Virus genome (UHGV): UHGV-0093339
Length of the DNA: 31,149 bases
Direction: 5' to 3' (one strand)
Source of the DNA: a virus
The position numbers and the translations under genes were made by a program. This document shows, piece by piece, positions 25,333 through 31,149 of this stretch. The notes beneath the pieces were generated by a model, which worked only from the letters and a program-made list of their open reading frames with translations, was not told where the DNA came from and did not search any database. Each line of letters starts with the position of its first letter. Position 1 is the first letter of the stretch.

Positions 25333-25409
25333 TTACCTGTCGGGTAATTTTTTTAACTCATATCTATTGACATCAAACCAAATACGAATAATCATTACCT
25401 CAACGGTAA
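25333..25409 (+). promoter_or_regulatory. PL-like early promoter with two flanking dyad operators
   Basis: Perfect dyads at 25333-25347 (TTACC-tgtcg-GGTAA) and 25395-25409 (TTACC-tcaac-GGTAA) bracket TTGACA at 25367-25372 and an A/T-rich -10 region around 25387-25395. Confidence 0.6.
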
Positions 25410-25428
25410 CAAACCGAGGTAACAAGTT

Positions 25429-25581
25429 ATGCAGTGGAAAATCATCAACGGTTGGTACTGCGTTACTGCATGCGGATTCATGAGCTGGAAGTTCCGCACC
25501 TTACAGGAAGGTATTAAGTGGGCTTTCGTCAGCAAAGAAGCTCGCGATGTGGCCAACGATAACGAGATATGGGAGGGCTGA
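25429..25581 (+). CDS. hypothetical early small protein (50 aa)
   Basis: Read by hand: ATG at 25429 after GAGGT, stop TGA at 25579-25581; translation MQWKIINGWYCVTACGFMSWKFRTLQEGIKWAFVSKEARDVANDNEIWEG; first gene after the PL-like promoter. Confidence 0.45.
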   Translation: MQWKIINGWYCVTACGFMSWKFRTLQEGIKWAFVSKEARDVANDNEIWEG

Positions 25582-25583
25582 TA

Positions 25584-25883
25584 ATGAACGTTAATCAGCA
25601 GAAAAATCTTCAAAAAATCATGCTGGCATTCGACAAGGACTACCGCCTGTCAGAACAGCTATATGACCGACAAGTTGAACTGATCGAAAGCATCCGGCTT
25701 CATCAACTGGCCTCAACTTTTGACGCTGTAACAGTTAAAGGCGTTCGCCAGGAAGTGCTGGAGGCAGCTAAAGACAGCCCTGAGTTCGAAGAACTGATGG
25801 ATGCCTACCGGCGCGAGGCAATGGCAATTATCGCCCGCTGGGATCTGGCGGATCGGATTGATGGGCAGAGGGAAGCGGCATGA
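25584..25883 (+). CDS. hypothetical early protein (99 aa)
   Basis: ORF-track 25569..25883 trimmed to the ATG at 25584, 2 nt after the upstream stop; stop overlaps the exonuclease start. Confidence 0.55.
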   Translation: MNVNQQKNLQKIMLAFDKDYRLSEQLYDRQVELIESIRLHQLASTFDAVTVKGVRQEVLEAAKDSPEFEELMDAYRREAMAIIARWDLADRIDGQREAA

Positions 25884-26701
25884 AACCGGGAATTTATTTC
25901 GACATCAGCAACGAAGACTACCACGCCGGTGACGGCGTGAGTAAGTCGCAACTGGACATGGTTGCCAAGAATCCGGCGCTTCTTAAATGGGTTCAGGCAG
26001 CACCAGAAGACGAAGAGAAAAAGTCTGCACTGGATATGGGAACCGCATTGCACTGTCTGCTTCTGGAACCTGGAGAATTCGACAAACGCTTCATCGTTTC
26101 ACCGAAATTCGATCGTCGGACAAAACAAGGTAAAGCTGACGAAGAAGCATTTCTTCGTGATGTGGCGGATATGGGTATTACGGTACTTGATGTCGAGCAG
26201 TGGCGAAAACTGGAGCTGATGCGTGATAGCGCAATGGCTCATCCGGCGGCACGCTGGATGTTGGAAGCACCTGGTTACTGCGAAGCATCAATGTACTGGA
26301 ACGATGAAGATACGGGTGAGTTGTGCCGAATTCGTCCAGACAAATGGCTGAACGAGCACAACGTGATCGTCGACGTGAAAAAGGTTGCAGATATGGACCG
26401 TTTTGCACGTCACATCGAGGAATTCCGCTACCACGTGCAGGACGCAATGTACCGCGAAGGCGCAATGAGAGTTACTGGTCAGCCGCATGGTTTTTTCTTT
26501 CTTGCCGTGAGCGAAAGCATTGATTGTGGTCGGTATCCGGTACGCGTGTTCGAGCTGGATGCGCCGGATGTCGATGCCGGGCACGCTCTGTTCCGCCGGG
26601 ATCTGAATACCTATCACGAATGCCGCATCAACGATGAATGGGGCGGTGTGGAAATCATTAAACGCCCTGAGCGGGCACGCAAACAGGATATGTACATATG
26701 A
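25880..26701 (+). CDS. PD-(D/E)xK-type exonuclease, recombination partner of the RecT-like protein
   Basis: ORF-track; GAGGGAAG RBS; putative catalytic motifs IRPD and IVDVKK; ATGA overlap with the recombinase gene. Confidence 0.65.
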   Translation: MKPGIYFDISNEDYHAGDGVSKSQLDMVAKNPALLKWVQAAPEDEEKKSALDMGTALHCLLLEPGEFDKRFIVSPKFDRRTKQGKADEEAFLRDVADMGITVLDVEQWRKLELMRDSAMAHPAARWMLEAPGYCEASMYWNDEDTGELCRIRPDKWLNEHNVIVDVKKVADMDRFARHIEEFRYHVQDAMYREGAMRVTGQPHGFFFLAVSESIDCGRYPVRVFELDAPDVDAGHALFRRDLNTYHECRINDEWGGVEIIKRPERARKQDMYI

Positions 26702-27639
26702 GCAACGACATCGCAAACATCAACGCACCAGTAGACACAGCAATCGCTGGAACTGCTGCAACTATTTTCAGCCCAGACGGCTTGAACCAACTGATGAAAT
26801 TCGCCGAGGTAATGGCGCAAAGCCGCGTAACGGTACCGGCGCACCTCGCCGGGAAACCAGCTGATTGCATGGCCGTGGCAATGCAGGCTGCGCAGTGGGG
26901 AATGAACCCGTTTGCCGTGGCTCAGAAAACCCATGTTGTGAACGGCACGCTAGGTTATGAAGCCCAATTAGTAAACGCAGTTATCTCAACGATGTCGCCA
27001 ACAAAAGATCGCATCAACTACGAGTGGTTCGGGCCGTGGGAACGCGTGATCGGTAAGTTTGTTGAGAAAACATCCAAAAACGGCAATCCATATATCGCAC
27101 CAGGCTGGACTCTAAAAGACGAAGAAGGCTGCGGTGTTCGCGTATGGGCAACCATGAAGGGCGAGGATCAACCTCGAGTGCTTGAGTTAATGCTGTCTCA
27201 AGCACAGGTAAGAAACTCCACACTTTGGGCCAGTGATCCGAAACAACAACTCGCATACCTTGCGACAAAACGCTGGTCTCGCCTGCACTGTCCTGACGTA
27301 ATCATGGGCGTCTACACCCCAGACGAATTACAGGAAACGGCACCGCGCGTTGAGCGAGACATTACTCCGCAAACGACCACTGCTGCGGGAATGAACAGTC
27401 TGATCAACGCTAAACCAGCGAAAAAGCCTGATGAGCAAACGCGTAAAGCGGATAGCCGTGATCCAGAAGAAATGCTGATGGCCTTTACCAGCGCAGCGAT
27501 GAATTACAGCACTGTCTCCGAACTGGATAAGGCTTACAAATACATTGCACAAAAACTTTCAGATGATGACGAACTGCTGGCAAAAGCCACCGACGTTTAC
27601 AGCGTTCGTCGGGAAGAATTAAACGAAACATCTATGTAA
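26698..27639 (+). CDS. single-strand annealing recombinase, Bet/RecT family
   Basis: Segment CMAVAMQAAQWGMNPF parallels lambda Bet (FIALLIVANQYGLNPW) and VERDITP parallels Bet PERDITP, from memory. Confidence 0.7.
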   Translation: MSNDIANINAPVDTAIAGTAATIFSPDGLNQLMKFAEVMAQSRVTVPAHLAGKPADCMAVAMQAAQWGMNPFAVAQKTHVVNGTLGYEAQLVNAVISTMSPTKDRINYEWFGPWERVIGKFVEKTSKNGNPYIAPGWTLKDEEGCGVRVWATMKGEDQPRVLELMLSQAQVRNSTLWASDPKQQLAYLATKRWSRLHCPDVIMGVYTPDELQETAPRVERDITPQTTTAAGMNSLINAKPAKKPDEQTRKADSRDPEEMLMAFTSAAMNYSTVSELDKAYKYIAQKLSDDDELLAKATDVYSVRREELNETSM

Positions 27640-27688
27640 CCACCACCGCGGCGACACGCGCGCCGCACTGCAACCAAGAGAGGTATTT

Positions 27689-27937
27689 ATGAAAGGTGCA
27701 TTAGGTAAGAAGGAACTCCTGGCGGTGGTGCCACTGTCATGGAGCACTATCGATCGTATGGAGCGCGCAGGTGAATTTCCTAAACGCTGGTATATCACTG
27801 ACAAACGCTGCGCATGGAACCGTGACGAAGTTGAGCGTTGGCTTGATGAACGTCAGGCAGCAAGCCCGGCAGAGTTCCAGGGTAAAAAGCCTCCTGTTCA
27901 GCAACGTGTATATCGTCCTGTGAGCAACGCTGCATGA
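27689..27937 (+). CDS. AlpA-family phage transcriptional regulator / excisionase-like protein
   Basis: 82-aa ORF; pattern LSWSTIDRMERAGEFPKR...WNRDEVERWL matches the AlpA/Vis family as I recall it. Confidence 0.7.
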   Translation: MKGALGKKELLAVVPLSWSTIDRMERAGEFPKRWYITDKRCAWNRDEVERWLDERQAASPAEFQGKKPPVQQRVYRPVSNAA

Positions 27938-28094
27938 GTGTGCTGCTAAGGCACTGGAGCAAATGGTCAGGATGGTACTTATTCCTGGCCTCTGTTTCAG
28001 CATGGCTTTATCTGCTGGCATTAATTTTAAGAGAGGGTTTGATTAAGTGAGAAAGTTAAGCCGACTTGAAAAATATCACATGAATAAGGTTTCA

Positions 28095-28346
28095 ATGCGT
28101 AGTCCGTCAAAGATTGTCGCCGTTACTCCTGCGGCGATAGAGATCGAAAAACGCGCGATTGAAAGAGAGAAAAAAGGGCAGTTCCGCATTGCCGCTCACC
28201 TTTGGCTTCAGTGTATGGATGTTGCTTCTGGTGATGTTGAACGTGCAAGGATCGCGGTTCGCAGGGACCAATGTATCACAAAAGGTAACGGCCTTCGCCG
28301 TGGCGACTATAGCGGCATAGGATGTTGTGGGGTGGTTTATGACTAA
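28095..28346 (+). CDS. PerC-family transcriptional regulator (Pch-like)
   Basis: ORF-track 28047..28346; start placed at the ATG at 28095 with AAGG upstream (28047 or 28080 also possible); segment IEREKKGQFRIAAHLWLQCM...RRDQC matches the PerC/Pch pattern from memory. Confidence 0.55.
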   Translation: MRSPSKIVAVTPAAIEIEKRAIEREKKGQFRIAAHLWLQCMDVASGDVERARIAVRRDQCITKGNGLRRGDYSGIGCCGVVYD

Positions 28347-28989
28347 GAAATACACACTAATCTATGCAGATCCACCCTGGGTATACCGGGACAAAGCCGC
28401 AGATGGTAATCGCGGGGCCGGTTTTAAATATCCGGTTATGAGTGTGCTGGATATCTGCCGCCTTCCTGTGTGGGATTTGGCCGATGAAAACTGTCTGTTG
28501 GCCATGTGGTGGGCGCCAACACAACCACTCGAAGCACTAAAAGTTGTTGAAGCCTGGGGATTCCGTCTGATGACCATGAAGGGCTTCACGTGGATAAAAT
28601 GTGGTAGTCGACAACCAGATAAACTGGTTATGGGTATGGGTCACATGACTCGCGCCAATAGTGAAGATTGCCTGTTTGCAGTAAAGGGAAAACTACCTAC
28701 GCGCATTAATGCAGGGATCGTTCAGTCATTTACCGCACCGCGGCTTGAGCATTCAAGAAAACCAGATATCGTTCGTGAAAAACTTGTGCAATTGTTAGGC
28801 GATGTTTCTCGCATTGAACTGTTCGCCCGCCAGTCGTCTCATGGTTTCGATGTTTGGGGTAATCAGTGCGAAGACCCGGCAGTGCAACTACACCCTGGAT
28901 ACGCGTTGGATATTGCCAGATTAACAAATGCATTCAGCAATGCTCCGCTGTCACCAACAGACAACCAGGGGCGGGAGCGTGCAGCATGA
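28339..28989 (+). CDS. MT-A70 family DNA adenine methyltransferase (orphan)
   Basis: ORF-track 28327..28989 trimmed to the ATG at 28339; DPPW motif in [10 protein letters not shown]; no adjacent restriction endonuclease gene. Confidence 0.7.
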   Translation: MTKKYTLIYADPPWVYRDKAADGNRGAGFKYPVMSVLDICRLPVWDLADENCLLAMWWAPTQPLEALKVVEAWGFRLMTMKGFTWIKCGSRQPDKLVMGMGHMTRANSEDCLFAVKGKLPTRINAGIVQSFTAPRLEHSRKPDIVREKLVQLLGDVSRIELFARQSSHGFDVWGNQCEDPAVQLHPGYALDIARLTNAFSNAPLSPTDNQGRERAA

Positions 28990-29645
28990 ACCTATATCAA
29001 CGCATCAATGGCGCTGACTGGTGCAATATCTTCGTCGTCGGCGATCTGCATGGGTGCTACACGCTGCTGATGAACGAACTCGACAAAGTTTCATTCGACC
29101 CGGCGCGCGATTTGCTTATTTCCGTTGGTGACCTTGTTGACCGCGGCGCTGAAAACGTCGAATGCCTGGATTTGATTACTATGCCGTGGTTCCGAGCTGT
29201 TCGTGGCAACCATGAGCAGATGATGCTGGATGCACTGGTCAACGGCGGAAGTTTCGGACATTGGATGTCAAACGGCGGTGGATGGTGGCACCAACTTGAT
29301 TCTGAGCAGGATGTGCAACTCAAATACCTTCTGCCAAAGGTTACCAACCTCCCGATGATTATCGAACTGGTTACCGGCAATAAGAAGGTCGTCATCTGCC
29401 ACGCAGACTACCCGCACAACGAATACGCATTCGATAAGCCAGTACCGGAAGAAATGGTGATATGGAATCGTGAGCGGGTTAGCGACGCGCAGGACGGTAT
29501 TGTCTCGGAGATAACCGGTGCCGATTTGTTCATCTTCGGTCATACGCCAGCACATCACCCACTGGTGTATGCAAACCAAATGTACATCGACACCGGCGCA
29601 GTGTTCTGCGGAAATCTGACGCTTACCAAAGTCCAGGAAGGATAG
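28986..29645 (+). CDS. Ser/Thr protein phosphatase (lambda-type metallophosphoesterase)
   Basis: ORF-track 28866..29645 trimmed to the ATG at 28986, which overlaps the methyltransferase stop; motifs GDLHG, GDLVDRG and GNHE. Confidence 0.75.
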   Translation: MNLYQRINGADWCNIFVVGDLHGCYTLLMNELDKVSFDPARDLLISVGDLVDRGAENVECLDLITMPWFRAVRGNHEQMMLDALVNGGSFGHWMSNGGGWWHQLDSEQDVQLKYLLPKVTNLPMIIELVTGNKKVVICHADYPHNEYAFDKPVPEEMVIWNRERVSDAQDGIVSEITGADLFIFGHTPAHHPLVYANQMYIDTGAVFCGNLTLTKVQEG

Positions 29646-29647
29646 AA

Positions 29648-30904
29648 TTATTTATTACTGTCTTCCATCCACTTCTCAAACTTCGACGGGGAGAACGGAA
29701 TCAGATCCGTATGCTCCCCGTCAATCCAGGAATCAATCATATCTGCCCACTGCTGCAACATGTAGGCGCGCTGTCTGGCGTATTCCGCTTTGTTATATAC
29801 GGCGCGCACACCTTTCTGCTCATGTGCCAGAGCCTTTTCAATCCAGTCTGAAGGATAACCAGCCTCATGCAATAACGTACTGGCTGTACGGCGCATATCG
29901 TGTACGGTGAAGTCCTGAATATGCTCACCATTTTCATTTATTATTTTCACCGTTCTGTCGATCAGAGAGTTCAGCGCGGCATTAGATAATGGCTTCCGGA
30001 AGTTGTAACGACCAGGAACCAGATATTCACTTCCACCAGCGCACATCTGCAGCCCGACCAATATATCCTGTGCCTGTTTAGGCAGGTAAATAACGTGCGC
30101 CCGGCTTCCCTTCATGCGGTCTGAAGGAATTGTCCATGTCCATTTTTTAAAATCTATTTCATCCCACGTTGCATTGGTGAACTCGCCTTTACGAACCATA
30201 GTGATAAGCACCAGCTTTAAAGCCATTTTCATAGTGCCCATAGCACCAATGGCATCCAGCGTGCGGAAGAACAGGCCAATTTCTTCTGGTGTCAGTGTTC
30301 GCTCTCTTGGTTTAAATATGGCGATAGACGAAGGTTTAATGTCAGCCGCAGGATTAAACAAACCATGACCACGGTCATTGGCGTGACGGTATACGCTGCT
30401 GATGATCTCCCTTGCCTGTACTGCTGTTGCCCGACCACCGCGTTCGACAATCCGGTCACACAAATCACGAACCATCGATGTGGTAATTTCAGTCATCATT
30501 TTGTTGCCAAGAACTGGAAGTATGTCACGGTCGATCACCGCCTGCTTCATTGCGCGGGTACTGTCAGCCAGGATGACGTGTTTCATATAACTGTCGGTAT
30601 GTACCGTAAACGTCTCGGCACCACGAATCTTTTTGATACCGTCACGTTTAGCCGCAGCCGGTGACTGGCCTGCTTTAAGCAGCTTCTTTGCAGCAATCAG
30701 TTCTTCTCGCGCTTCTGCCAGGCTGATACCGTCACGCCCATACTGCCCGATTACCAGTGTTTCGCGGCGACCGTTGATACGGTAGTCATAGCGAAACGAG
30801 ACCGTACCTGACGTAAGCACAGCTACATACAGCCCGTCACGATCGGAAACTTTGTACAGTTTGTCCTGTGGCTTGAGGTTCTTTAATTTTGTATCGGTAA
30901 GCAC
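29648..30904 (-). CDS. int: site-specific tyrosine integrase (P4-like)
   Basis: 418-aa ORF with GTG start preceded by GGGTGA; C-terminal catalytic region with HDMRRT...LAHEQKGVRAVY (His/Arg/Tyr); convergent with the early operon at the right end of the element. Confidence 0.8.
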   Translation of the reverse strand: MLTDTKLKNLKPQDKLYKVSDRDGLYVAVLTSGTVSFRYDYRINGRRETLVIGQYGRDGISLAEAREELIAAKKLLKAGQSPAAAKRDGIKKIRGAETFTVHTDSYMKHVILADSTRAMKQAVIDRDILPVLGNKMMTEITTSMVRDLCDRIVERGGRATAVQAREIISSVYRHANDRGHGLFNPAADIKPSSIAIFKPRERTLTPEEIGLFFRTLDAIGAMGTMKMALKLVLITMVRKGEFTNATWDEIDFKKWTWTIPSDRMKGSRAHVIYLPKQAQDILVGLQMCAGGSEYLVPGRYNFRKPLSNAALNSLIDRTVKIINENGEHIQDFTVHDMRRTASTLLHEAGYPSDWIEKALAHEQKGVRAVYNKAEYARQRAYMLQQWADMIDSWIDGEHTDLIPFSPSKFEKWMEDSNK

Positions 30905-30946
30905 AATTCACCCGTATAGAAACCATTTTCATGACGGTATGAGAGT

Positions 30947-30961
30947 ATACCTTTAAGGTAA
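30947..30961. promoter_or_regulatory. operator-like dyad ATACCTTTAAGGTAA upstream of int, nested in a longer inverted repeat
   Basis: One mismatch to TTACC-N5-GGTAA; flanked by tgacggtat / ataccgtca inverted arms (30932-30969); about 45 nt upstream of the int start. Confidence 0.4.
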
Positions 30962-31028
30962 TACCGTCACCTGTACCGCCAAAAAATATGGTGTAGAGTG
31001 AATAGAAATGAATACATAAAAACAAAAA

Positions 31029-31048
31029 CCCTCTGCAAAAACAGAGGG
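31029..31048. terminator. GC-rich hairpin, possibly a bidirectional terminator
   Basis: ccctctg-caaaaa-cagaggg flanked by A/T runs on both sides. Confidence 0.35.
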
Positions 31049-31149
31049 TTGAATTAGTATCTGAATAGGAATGAGTTGCTATGAGTTAGCTGTTAATCAT
31101 TCCCACTCAATGGTAGCTGGCGGCTTGCCGCTGATGTCATACACCACGC

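Noticed and set aside
27963-28046. 27-aa hydrophobic ORF (MVRMVLIPGLCFSMALSAGINFKRGFD) between the AlpA-family gene and the PerC-like gene, considered as a type I toxin-like peptide
   Set aside because: GGAG is only 3 nt from the ATG, the ORF is very short, and it may simply be leader sequence of the PerC-like gene; insufficient evidence

Overview
The whole window reads as a prophage, most likely from an Escherichia/Salmonella-type enterobacterium, with a lambda-style control region joined to a podovirus-type virion module. All calls are from reading the sequence and the ORF track by eye; no database search was run, so protein family names are recollection-based. Right half (20.0-30.9 kb): a CI-like repressor gene flanked by two operator clusters, a Cro-like gene, an O-like replication initiator with iterons inside the gene, a lambda P homolog, Ea22-like/DUF551-type genes, a PD-(D/E)xK exonuclease with a Bet/RecT recombinase, AlpA, a PerC-like regulator, an MT-A70 methyltransferase, a Ser/Thr phosphatase and a P4-type tyrosine integrase. 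Left half (2.3-20.0 kb, minus strand): terminase small and large subunits, a tRNA-Arg(UCU) moron, a portal-like gene split between two frames, a decoration-like protein, an adaptor, a T7 gp12-like nozzle and five internal-virion/ejection-type proteins chained by start/stop overlaps. The left edge carries a Bro-N antirepressor-like gene and an AT-rich cassette. I found no rRNA, CRISPR array, IS element or recognisable lysis cassette. Three things stand out: a 15-bp dyad TTACC-N5-GGTAA that marks the immunity operators and also sits in at least five other promoter-proximal regions; a head module with no recognisable scaffold or major capsid gene; and the AT-rich cassette at 1357-2270 as the best candidate for an uncharacterised accessory system.
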